Source: Kofleriaceae bacterium
GTDB lineage: Bacteria; Myxococcota_A; Polyangia; Haliangiales; Haliangiaceae
Reading direction: 5' to 3'
NCBI GenBank assembly: GCA_965215005.1
Contig: CBDCCZ010000060.1
Span: forward strand, 32,001-96,000
DNA: 64,000 bases
This document shows positions 1-8,934 of the stretch, piece by piece. The number at the start of each line of letters is the position of its first letter. The first letter of the stretch is position 1. The notes beneath the pieces were generated by a model. That model ran no database searches, had not been told where the DNA came from, and saw only the letters and a list, made by a program, of their open reading frames with translations. Made by a program: the position numbers and the translations under genes.

Positions 1-428
<428 letters not shown>

Positions 429-469
429 GGCCGCATCCTAAACCATGGGCAACCCCCGAAGAGGGCCTC

Positions 470-3400
470 TCAACGCGGCGTCATGCGAGCTACGGCGGCA
501 CACGTTCCGCCGGCGATTGGGCTCGTGCCCGCGCACGCTTCGTTGGCCTCGGCGAGAAGCGAGCTGGCGCTCGCCGGCTCTAAGCGCGCCAGTGCCAGCG
601 CGCTCGCCGCATGCTCGAGCGGCGCATCGAGCGTGCGCCGCAGCTCGAGAGCTGCCCGCAGATCCCCGCGCGCGGCCCTCGTGTTGCCCAAACTCGCCCG
701 CGCCGTCCCGCGTAGGTGGAGAGCCTTGGCCAGCACGGTGTCGTCGTGCGTCTCCTGCTGCGTTGCCGTTTCAATGAGTGCGTCGAGCTCTGCAATCGCC
801 GCATCGCTGCGTCCTTGCGCTATCGCGAGCTCGACCTGCGCTTGCCGTATGACCAGCATGAGGGGGTGGGTGGGGCCACGGGAGCGCGTCAAGCGACGCT
901 GCGCTTCCGCCAGCGAGCGCGCCGCCTCGGGCCAGCGACGCTGTTGCATGCGAATGTTCGCCACGAGTAGCAGTGTTTGCGCGAGGTCAGGATCGGCGTC
1001 GGGTGTTGCTGCGAGGATATCCAAGGCGCGAGCGCAATTGGCATCGGCTTCATCGAAGCGCCGCAGCGCGGTGAACGTCTCGCAAAGATTTACGACCGAC
1101 ATCACCACCGCGTGACCCTTGGCGCCAAGCACGGTTTCTCGCAACGCCAGCCCGCGCTGATGAATCGGCAGTGCCTCGCCAGGCCGACCGAGCAGCACGA
1201 GCGCCGAGCCGACGTTGTGCAGGAAGTAAGCAAGCCGAGGAGCATTGGGACCGAGTAGGGCTTCTTGTGCAGAAAGTGCCTTCTTGAGGTACGGCAGCGC
1301 TTCTCTGAGCCGGTGAAGCTGCCCGAGCATGCTGCCAATCGCGTTCAAAGCACCAACCGTGAGCTCCGCATTCTCACCGAGCGAGCTCTGATAGATCGAC
1401 AACGCGCGCTGGTAGTGTTCGAGCGCCGCAGGATAGTTGCCTTCACCGCTGTAGTTGAATCCGAGCGCGTATTCGAGGCCTCCGAGCTGCGGGTGCCAAG
1501 GCCCGAGCTGGCGGCGCAACACCTCGCCTGATGCGGCCAATAGCGCGCGCGCCTCGTCAAAGCGACTCTGCTGTCGCAGCGTTGCGGCGAAATAGGTCGT
1601 TGCGTGGGCAACGTCTGGATGGTCGGCACCCAGCTCATCCGTCAACAGCTCGAGCTCGCGTCGTTGGTGCTCGGCCGCGCGATCCAAGTTACCGCGAACT
1701 AGAGCGTCACGCCCTTGCACCCCGTGAAGTCGTGCTCGCAGCCGTGGCGGCTCTCCCGCGCGCACGATTGCTGTGCTCGATACCTCGATGAGGGCCGTTG
1801 CGGCTTCGGCGCGGCTTTCACGTCGTTGCACCACATCGGCGAGACTGACCCATGCGTCGGCCAAGCGCAGGTCATCACCAGCACGCGCTGCTTCCGTGGC
1901 ACTCGCGAGCAGAGACGACTCTGCCAGCTCGTCCTGACTGAGGAAATAGTGGCTTCGTCCGAGCAGGAGCAGCGCATCGGCGAGAAGAAACGGGATCGCT
2001 GCTTTGCGGGCGAGCTCCACCGCTCGTTGAGCGGTCGCAAGGGCGGCGGGATAGCGGGAGAGCTCAAGGTCCGTGCGAGCTTGCGCCAGCTCGTGCTCGA
2101 GCTCGTCCACCGCCGCGCGATCACGAGCGGCCGCGGGTAGCGAATACTGTGACAACAGGCGCGAATCGTCGCACTCCGCGGCGCTGGGAAGTGAAGCCGC
2201 TGCGCGCAGTGCGTTGGCGACCAGTTCAGCATCGACGTCAATCTGAATCGAGCGGATCAGAGCGTCTACCTCGCCGAGGCGCTGGTCCAGGCAGTGGACG
2301 CGGCGATCGAGCATCAGTCCCGATTGCGTTCCAGCGCTATACGTAGCCTCGCAGGCATCCCGGTGCGTCGCCTGCCAAGTCTCGCGATACTGAGTAAGTC
2401 GCTCCGCAAGCTGAGCAGCAGCGACGCGGCCACTGCTGCCCAATGCATCGTTCCAGACCGAGCGCAGCTCGCCGGCCTCCGTCGCATTCCAAGCGCGGTC
2501 GAAGCGGCTGCCGCTGTCGATGCAGCGCGCGGTCGCGCTGCGTTCCTCACGCTGCGCCAGTGCCACCGCACTAACGATGAGCATGCTCGCGACAGCCAAA
2601 CCACCAGCAATGATCATTGCGCGGCGAGGTGGCGGTGCGATTGCCGCTAAGAGCGCGTCCATGGTCGGGAATCGCTCATTTGGCTCGGCGCGCAGACCGC
2701 GGTCGAGGGCGCGCTGCAGCCGTCGATTCGTGCTCTTTGGCGGCTGTTGGCGTCGGCCAGCCAGGATGTTATCGCGAATCCCCTTGACCGTTTTACCGGC
2801 GAACGGACGTGCTCCACACAGCGCTTCCCATGCGGTAACGCAGAACGACCATTGATCAGAGCGCACATCCCCCTGCTCATACCGCAACCTCTCGGGAGGC
2901 ATGTACGCTGGGGTTCCGGCGATGGAGCCAAACCTCGTCAGCTGACGGTTGAGTAGTCTTTGTGGCTCCTCGAGATCCCGCGCGGTTATGGTCGGCTCAG
3001 CGTCTTGCGTCTCGTAGGTTGCCAGATGAGAAGCTCCTGACGACTCATTCGACTCTTGCCAGACCTCATTCCCGGATGAAGCGCCCTGCCGCGGATCGCT
3101 GGAGTCTTCTGCCATGAGGCGTGCAAGCCCGAAATCTGCGATGCGAACCCGCCCGTCGTCGGCCACTATTATATTGTCAGGTTTGATATCACGATGAACC
3201 AGCCCGGCGCGGTGAACGGCGGCCAGCCCGCGACCTGCGGCGGCCAGCGCACGCAAGATCTCACTTCGCGAACGCTGCTCGAGTCGTAGCCAGGTTCGCA
3301 GCGTCGGCCCGCTCACGAGCTCCATGGCGATGAAGACGTCGTCGTGCGCGGTGCCGACATCATGCACTGCAACCACGTGAGGGTCGCGAATTTGCGCCAG

Positions 3401-3739
3401 CGCTTGCGCCTCGCGCAGTACCCGGCTGCGCCGTTGTCCGCGCGCTGGATGTAGCTTGAGCGCTATGCGACGGTCGAGCTGCGGGTCATAGGCCTCATAC
3501 ACGATGCCCATGGCGCCAGCGCCGATGCGCGAGAGCAGGACATAGCGGCCAACACAGCTGCCTTCCCGGTACTCGAGCTGCTCACAATCGGCCGCGCGTT
3601 CCGGCGAGGCCGAGGTCTTGGTAGGTGCCTCGGCTGGATCGGCCGCGCCCGTCGGCGCGTCACTCTCGGCCTCGCCTCGAGCGGGCGCGATACCACCCTC
3701 GAGTCGGCCCTGACCCGCATCGATCTTGCCGCTAGTCAC
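470..3739 (-). CDS. Membrane-bound Hanks-type Ser/Thr protein kinase with C-terminal TPR array
   Basis: GAGAMGIV, IALK, HRDIKPDN, DFGLA and GTPAYMPPE kinase motifs; one hydrophobic TM (AMIIAGGLAVASMLIVSAVALA); Cys-containing region, then kinesin-light-chain-like TPR repeats (LGxxHP). Confidence 0.93.
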   Translation of the reverse strand: MTSGKIDAGQGRLEGGIAPARGEAESDAPTGAADPAEAPTKTSASPERAADCEQLEYREGSCVGRYVLLSRIGAGAMGIVYEAYDPQLDRRIALKLHPARGQRRSRVLREAQALAQIRDPHVVAVHDVGTAHDDVFIAMELVSGPTLRTWLRLEQRSRSEILRALAAAGRGLAAVHRAGLVHRDIKPDNIIVADDGRVRIADFGLARLMAEDSSDPRQGASSGNEVWQESNESSGASHLATYETQDAEPTITARDLEEPQRLLNRQLTRFGSIAGTPAYMPPERLRYEQGDVRSDQWSFCVTAWEALCGARPFAGKTVKGIRDNILAGRRQQPPKSTNRRLQRALDRGLRAEPNERFPTMDALLAAIAPPPRRAMIIAGGLAVASMLIVSAVALAQREERSATARCIDSGSRFDRAWNATEAGELRSVWNDALGSSGRVAAAQLAERLTQYRETWQATHRDACEATYSAGTQSGLMLDRRVHCLDQRLGEVDALIRSIQIDVDAELVANALRAAASLPSAAECDDSRLLSQYSLPAAARDRAAVDELEHELAQARTDLELSRYPAALATAQRAVELARKAAIPFLLADALLLLGRSHYFLSQDELAESSLLASATEAARAGDDLRLADAWVSLADVVQRRESRAEAATALIEVSSTAIVRAGEPPRLRARLHGVQGRDALVRGNLDRAAEHQRRELELLTDELGADHPDVAHATTYFAATLRQQSRFDEARALLAASGEVLRRQLGPWHPQLGGLEYALGFNYSGEGNYPAALEHYQRALSIYQSSLGENAELTVGALNAIGSMLGQLHRLREALPYLKKALSAQEALLGPNAPRLAYFLHNVGSALVLLGRPGEALPIHQRGLALRETVLGAKGHAVVMSVVNLCETFTALRRFDEADANCARALDILAATPDADPDLAQTLLLVANIRMQQRRWPEAARSLAEAQRRLTRSRGPTHPLMLVIRQAQVELAIAQGRSDAAIAELDALIETATQQETHDDTVLAKALHLRGTARASLGNTRAARGDLRAALELRRTLDAPLEHAASALALARLEPASASSLLAEANEACAGTSPIAGGTCAAVARMTPR

Positions 3740-3826
3740 AGGACACCATGTTACGGACGCCAGACCACTGATCCTAGCCCAACGAGCTCAACGGCTCCTC
3801 GGGCGCGGTCGCTGGTCCACCCACCT

Positions 3827-5062
3827 CTACTCGACGCTGCTCGAGCTCCGAAGCACCGGTTGTGACAAGTCGGGTTGGCTGGCCACGGTTGTGCTATTGC
3901 CGCCGCAGGCGATGGGGCCCGACTGCGGGCACATCTTGCCGTAGCGATTCTTGCGAACCTTGCGACAGTCTTCGGAGTTCAAGATGTTCCATAAGGCGAC
4001 TTTGCCGGGGCAGTCGCGACGGTTGCGTTTGCGCACCCGGTCCCACAGCATATCGACGAACATGCAACACTGTGGGCAGGCGGGGATGCCGCTCTCTTGA
4101 CCATTTTTCCCGATCCAATAGGCGTCCCAGCTCTTGATTCCGCACAGCGTGTCGTCGAGCTTCTTACTGGTATCGACGCGGCAGCGGTCGAGCACCTTGC
4201 GAAAGACCTGCTTCTCGGCGCAGTTGAGCATCGATACGGGCGCGCGTTTGTTCATCAGGCACTCCTTGACGTTGTCTGGGAGTGATGACCAGTCGCCGGT
4301 GGCGCCGCGGACGATCGACTCGAACATCGGCGGCCACGAGTATCGATTCAAGGTCTCGCCCTCGTTGCCGCGGCTGCACTGGGTGAGGGCGTCGAGCCCC
4401 GAGAGGCCCTCTTCCTCTACCGTGGTTCCGTCGAGGCACTGAACCTTCAAAGCCGACTTGGCTTGGAACTTCTTCCGTGGCGGCGGGAAGGGAGCCTCTG
4501 GCGGCTTTTCCTCATCGGGATCCGGCCGAGATTCTGTCGAGCCACGCGGCTGGCAGATCAACTCCGAAGCCGCGTATCCGACGACGAAGCCGACGCCGGC
4601 CGCAGCGGGAACGCCAACCGGCTGACAAATGAGAGCTCCAGGCCCCGTGGCCACGCACGATACGGCTGCGGTAGCGCCGCCAATCACCGCACCACCGGCA
4701 CCAGCTTTGAGGCGGCAAGAGATGACCTCCGCCTGGCGCTGGAAGTCGCGCCAGTTGAGAGCGACCTGCTGCTCTGGATCGCCACCGCCACCTCCGCCGC
4801 TAAGCCCTTCACCGCCGCCATAGAGTCCACCAGTGTTACTGGCTGCAACGCACATCTGGCTTGTCGTTAGCGGCCTGCTATTGTCTGAAGTGGCCTTCTC
4901 GACCTGCCACTCAGGCACCAACGACTGGATTGCGTGACCCGTTACCGTCTTGTGGTAGCCGAGATAGCCAACTCCAATGGCCATTCCAATCCCGGAGATG
5001 ACCAATGTGCTGACAGCGGTGGTGCCGCGGGTATTTCGCAGGAGATGTAGGAGGCTCTGCAC
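3827..5062 (-). CDS. Putative Flp-pilin-like exported protein with C-terminal deaminase-type toxin domain
   Basis: N-terminus LLRNTRG|TTAVSTLVISGIGMAIGV resembles an Flp/TadE prepilin leader; Gly linker; Gly-zipper hydrophobic hairpin; Pro/acidic linker; NCAE (4225-4214) and PACPQC (4084-4067) Zn-deaminase-like motifs. Confidence 0.6.
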   Translation of the reverse strand: MQSLLHLLRNTRGTTAVSTLVISGIGMAIGVGYLGYHKTVTGHAIQSLVPEWQVEKATSDNSRPLTTSQMCVAASNTGGLYGGGEGLSGGGGGGDPEQQVALNWRDFQRQAEVISCRLKAGAGGAVIGGATAAVSCVATGPGALICQPVGVPAAAGVGFVVGYAASELICQPRGSTESRPDPDEEKPPEAPFPPPRKKFQAKSALKVQCLDGTTVEEEGLSGLDALTQCSRGNEGETLNRYSWPPMFESIVRGATGDWSSLPDNVKECLMNKRAPVSMLNCAEKQVFRKVLDRCRVDTSKKLDDTLCGIKSWDAYWIGKNGQESGIPACPQCCMFVDMLWDRVRKRNRRDCPGKVALWNILNSEDCRKVRKNRYGKMCPQSGPIACGGNSTTVASQPDLSQPVLRSSSSVE

Positions 5063-5074
5063 GTGGACGCGCTG

Positions 5075-5090
5075 AGCAGATCACGTGCCA
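5075..5090 (-). promoter_or_regulatory. sigma54 (-24/-12) promoter
   Basis: TGGCACGTGATCTGCT on the minus strand, GG-N10-GC, 13 nt before GTG at 5062. Confidence 0.75.
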
Positions 5091-5184
5091 TCGTCTCCCA
5101 CTGGGCCGCTCTTGAAGAACCGGCGAGCGCGCCTGTGCTCGAAGTGCGCGCTCTTTTCTTGAAGGAAGCTAACTGAGCTTCACG

Positions 5185-5835
5185 TTAACTTGTCATCTTG
5201 CCAACGGCTACTTGGGCGGGCCGAAGGCTTTCTGCGCCGATCACGTAGCCTTCTTTCATGACGCCTAGCACGCGTCCATGCTGGCGAGGATCGACGATGG
5301 GCACAACGCTTACCGCCTCGTGCAGGCTGGGGTCGAAAACCTGGCCGAGAGCAGGCACGTGTTGAACTTGGTGCTCGGCGAGCTTCCGGAGGAACTCACT
5401 GCGGACGAGCTCGAGGCCCTCCAGTAGCGCCGGTGGCGCCTTGTCGCTGCGCGCCGCGTGCAAGGCGCGGTCGAGGTTGTCGAGAACCTCGAGGAAGCTC
5501 CGGAGCAGCGTGCGAGTCCGCCCTTCGACCTCCTTGCGCGCCTCTTTGCGAATGCGTTCGCCGGCGCGGTCGACGTCTTCTCGAGCTTGCCGCGCTTCGA
5601 CCGCAGCGCGACGTGCGGCGCGGTCCTTTTCATCGGCCAAGGCGGTCAACCGCTCGACTTCCGACTCGAGAATTTCCGTGTAGCTGTCGCCGCTGCGCCC
5701 GCCGCTGCGATCGGTGTCGCCCAGCGCGTCGCGAAGCTCTTCGGCGGCGGCGACCGCATCGAAATGCTCGAGCTCATCGCGTGCTTCCGCCGAGGTTTGA
5801 GGGCGATGCGGATGTTGCTTGCCGTCTGCAGTCAC
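5185..5835 (-). CDS. grpE: Nucleotide exchange factor GrpE
   Basis: Coiled coil, LEVLDNLDRAL, FDPSLHEAV, GY...LRPAQVAV motifs. Confidence 0.9.
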   Translation of the reverse strand: MTADGKQHPHRPQTSAEARDELEHFDAVAAAEELRDALGDTDRSGGRSGDSYTEILESEVERLTALADEKDRAARRAAVEARQAREDVDRAGERIRKEARKEVEGRTRTLLRSFLEVLDNLDRALHAARSDKAPPALLEGLELVRSEFLRKLAEHQVQHVPALGQVFDPSLHEAVSVVPIVDPRQHGRVLGVMKEGYVIGAESLRPAQVAVGKMTS

Positions 5836-6806
5836 AGCTGTCCTCCGTAGTCACGCAAGTGGGATGCGTCAAGGTGCGCCGCTCCGCGCTGCGACTGCAG
5901 CGGCACCAGGCAGCGCAGGTCGAAACCCGCCGAGATCGCATGCACCTCATCAACGAACCCAGCGAGGCGCACGTTGGGCGAGAACTTCATAGGGGCTGAG
6001 AGCGGCCGGAAGAAATCATCGTAATGATGCGGCACGATGATACGCGGCTGCAGCTTGCGCAGTATTCTACTGACGTAGGCGCGAGAGAATCCGCGGCCGG
6101 CAATGCCGCACAAGAAGATATCGACGTCGCGATGAGTGACCGCGTCATCGATGAGGTCGGCGCTGCCTTGGTGGTAAAGGGTGATGCCCGCGACGCGAAC
6201 GTGGATCCCCCAAACCTGCCCGCAGCCAAACGCGCTAGGAGCGAGCTCGTCGAAGTGCTCGCAGCTGATGTCGTGATCATAGGGAACACGCAGTCCGAGA
6301 AGTAGCTTGGAGTGCGCACTGGGGACGAACGTCACCTGAAACGGGCCGATCTCATAGATGCGATATGGCTCGACCACCACGGAAGAATCGTTCAAGCCAT
6401 AAAGTCGCAGCAAGTTGGCTACAGAGTTTGAACCGTAGACTTTTGCGCCGTAGCGGGCTGCGATGAGTGGCGCATCGAGAACGTGATCGAAATGCGAGTG
6501 ACCGATCAGAACCGCATCAGACGCGCCAACGTAGCGCTCGATGAGCGATTTTCGTGGTGGCGTCGCGCGGCCGGAAACCAGCGCGCGCAGCGGTACCCGC
6601 GTTACGTACGGATCGATGAGCAGCTGGTGATTTGCGTAACGCAGGCGGAACCCCGAGGTTCCTAGCCACTCGAGCTCGAGGCCTGAGGGTAAGTCATGGC
6701 CATCCTGCCAGCTCAGCTCAGCAGCACACTGTGTGTCACTCTTGCTCTCTTCGCGCCGGTTGAAGACATGGCGCGCCAGCGAGAGCAGTTGTCGAGCACC
6801 GGACAT
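5832..6806 (-). CDS. MBL-fold metallo-hydrolase
   Basis: LIDPY, HSHFDH and PHHYD motifs. Start placed at ATG 6806, after a TACACT -10 box. Confidence 0.85.
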   Translation of the reverse strand: MSGARQLLSLARHVFNRREESKSDTQCAAELSWQDGHDLPSGLELEWLGTSGFRLRYANHQLLIDPYVTRVPLRALVSGRATPPRKSLIERYVGASDAVLIGHSHFDHVLDAPLIAARYGAKVYGSNSVANLLRLYGLNDSSVVVEPYRIYEIGPFQVTFVPSAHSKLLLGLRVPYDHDISCEHFDELAPSAFGCGQVWGIHVRVAGITLYHQGSADLIDDAVTHRDVDIFLCGIAGRGFSRAYVSRILRKLQPRIIVPHHYDDFFRPLSAPMKFSPNVRLAGFVDEVHAISAGFDLRCLVPLQSQRGAAHLDASHLRDYGGQL

Positions 6807-6904
6807 CCTTCGCGGAGTGTACACTGGCTGGGCGCGCGCTCTATGGCTACACGCTGCCAATGCATTGGCGGCTGGATATGCAAATAGAGCAGGGGGAGCA
6901 GAGC

Positions 6905-6934
6905 TTGACACCCCGGTGGCCTGGCTTCCATGCT
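6905..6934 (+). promoter_or_regulatory. Putative sigma70 promoter of sodB
   Basis: TTGACA-N18-CATGCT upstream of the AAGGAGAGG RBS. Confidence 0.45.
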
Positions 6935-7010
6935 ACGAGCCCTGCGGCGCGCACGTCGCGCTGCACGATTCCCATCTACGGAACCTTCTAGTCCTAAGGA
7001 GAGGCACCTC

Positions 7011-7601
7011 ATGGCATTCAAACTTCCCGAGCTACCGTACCCCAAAGATGCACTGGCGCCGGTGATGTCGGCGGAGACGCTCGAGTATCACCACGGCAAG
7101 CATCACGCCGCTTACGTGAACAAGCTCAACGGCATGATCGAAGGCAATCAGTACGCGAGCATGAGCCTCGAGGACATCATCAAGAAGTCTCACGGCCAAG
7201 CGAGCGAGAAGGGCGTGTTCAACAACGCGGCTCAGGTCTGGAATCACACGTTCTTTTGGCACTGCCTATCGCCGAGCGGCGGTGGCGAGCCCACTGGAAA
7301 AGCCGCAGACGTCATCAAGAAGTCATTTGGGAGTTTTAAAGACTTCAAAGAGAAATTCTCTACTGAGGCAGCAGGCCGCTTTGGCAGCGGCTGGGCGTGG
7401 GTCGTCCCCAAGGGCGACGGCATCGAGATTGTGACCACGCAAAATGCCGAGACGCCGGTCCAAGACGGCACCAAGCCGCTCCTCACCCTCGACGTTTGGG
7501 AGCACGCCTACTACATCGACTATCGCAACGCGCGTCCCAAGTTCATCGAAGAATTCTGGAAGATCGTCAACTGGGATCACTTCAACAAGCAGCTCGGCTA
7601 G
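7011..7601 (+). CDS. sodB: Superoxide dismutase [Fe]
   Basis: HHGKHH, NNAAQVWNH (AQ is the Fe-type signature), FGSGWAW, DVWEHAYY; strong RBS before ATG 7011. Confidence 0.95.
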   Translation: MAFKLPELPYPKDALAPVMSAETLEYHHGKHHAAYVNKLNGMIEGNQYASMSLEDIIKKSHGQASEKGVFNNAAQVWNHTFFWHCLSPSGGGEPTGKAADVIKKSFGSFKDFKEKFSTEAAGRFGSGWAWVVPKGDGIEIVTTQNAETPVQDGTKPLLTLDVWEHAYYIDYRNARPKFIEEFWKIVNWDHFNKQLG

Positions 7602-7649
7602 CGGTTCACGGCGCAAGTCGTGAACCGCTAGAAAGCAACGGTCGATGAG
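7598..7649 (+). repeat. REP-like palindromic repeat, copy 1 (overlaps sodB stop; possible terminator/stabiliser)
   Basis: CTAGCGGTTCACG-gcgcaagt-CGTGAACCGCTAG perfect 13-bp stem, followed by AAAGCAACGGTCGATGAG; related copy at 14829-14879. Confidence 0.75.
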
Positions 7650-7827
7650 GGAGACGCCGAAAGGGGGGCATGAGCAGCGTTTCGCGCCCGCCCTCGCCGC
7701 CGAAGGGGCGGGCGAGAAACGCGTCACGACTCTTGCGGCGTCGTACTAGCGGTCAGTGCGTCTTTCTGGGCGCGGCCGCGCTTCCTGACGCGGCCGTGAT
7801 CTCGGAAGTTGGTCGCCGCTGAATCGC

Positions 7828-8310
7828 TCACGCTGCCGCATCACCGGCAAAAAAGTCAATTTCGTCGATGGTGCTGTGCTCCATATCGATGAGCAGCGCG
7901 CCGGCGGCTTCGTAGGCGATGACGTACTCCAGGAGCTGTCGGCGGGTCGCTGAGTTATAGATAGACGGCGCGAACTCGCCCGTCTTCACCTCTGCGACCA
8001 GCACGCGCCCATCGACGTCCTCCACCAGCAGATCGGCGCGGATCTCGATGATGCACGCTTGGTCACCGACGCCGACCTCCCACGAGAGCGGCACCTGTCG
8101 ACCAAGGATTTTATACCCGGCTGTGAGCAGCAGCGCAGCTGCCTCATGCTCGCCAGCGATGGCACGAGTGGCGCGCGCCTTTGCCACTCGACTGGCGAGG
8201 CGGTGATCGCGATGCACCCTAAGCCACTGCGCCAAGAGAGTGACCAACAACAGGGCGGCAAATCCCGCCGCAAGAACATAACCGAGGTGTGGACCGAGAA
8301 GCTTAGGCAC
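7828..8310 (-). CDS. Membrane-anchored PD-(D/E)XK-fold protein
   Basis: N-terminal TM; GE...RADLLV...AEVKTG...RQLLEY motifs resembling YraN/RecB-type nucleases. Confidence 0.6.
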   Translation of the reverse strand: MPKLLGPHLGYVLAAGFAALLLVTLLAQWLRVHRDHRLASRVAKARATRAIAGEHEAAALLLTAGYKILGRQVPLSWEVGVGDQACIIEIRADLLVEDVDGRVLVAEVKTGEFAPSIYNSATRRQLLEYVIAYEAAGALLIDMEHSTIDEIDFFAGDAAA

Positions 8311-8343
8311 TCCACGACCATGCCATGACGATCTGATGCCGCA

Positions 8344-8904
8344 TCAGCGGCCGAGAGCCTGGGGTTTCGCTTTGCGATTGGCTTTGGGCGTCGTCGCGAA
8401 CGCCTCTACTTCGGCACGGTGGACGAGCTGATCGCCGTTGGCATCCACCGCTGCGAACCAGCGATGGAGCTTTTCCAGTCGGCGGGCTCTGTTCGGATGC
8501 TTTGCAGTCTTGCTGGCAGTAGGCAACTCCGCAAGCGCGAGCGCGGCATCGCCATTGGTGTCTAGCTTCGAGAGCAGCCGCTCGTATCGGGCAGTGGCGC
8601 GCTCGGTGCGCATGACGATGCGCTCGGGCTCTTCAATGTGGCCGCTGTGGTCAGCATCATAGCGAGCCAGAATACTGGCCTTGCGGTCCGCGCGCAGCGT
8701 CGCGCGCTCGTCGGGATCGAGAGCTCCATTGCCGTTGCGATCGTAGCGGGTGAGCAGCTGCGTGTGCTTCGCAGCGCGCTTCTGCTCATGAGCCGCGGAG
8801 GCGTGCTCGTGCTTTGCGGGCTTGCCAGCAGGCTCGGCCGAGGCCGCTGCGGCGAGAAGTGAGGTAGTGAGAGCAACAGCGAGGCAGGACTTCCAATGGT
8901 TCAT
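8344..8904 (-). CDS. Secreted EF-hand calcium-binding protein
   Basis: Signal peptide; four DxxxD/N-type loops (DRNGNGALD, DADHSGHIE, DTNGDAALA, DANGDQLVH). Confidence 0.8.
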   Translation of the reverse strand: MNHWKSCLAVALTTSLLAAAASAEPAGKPAKHEHASAAHEQKRAAKHTQLLTRYDRNGNGALDPDERATLRADRKASILARYDADHSGHIEEPERIVMRTERATARYERLLSKLDTNGDAALALAELPTASKTAKHPNRARRLEKLHRWFAAVDANGDQLVHRAEVEAFATTPKANRKAKPQALGR

Positions 8905-8934
8905 GATCTCTCGACCCGTGGGCGCGATTGCAGG

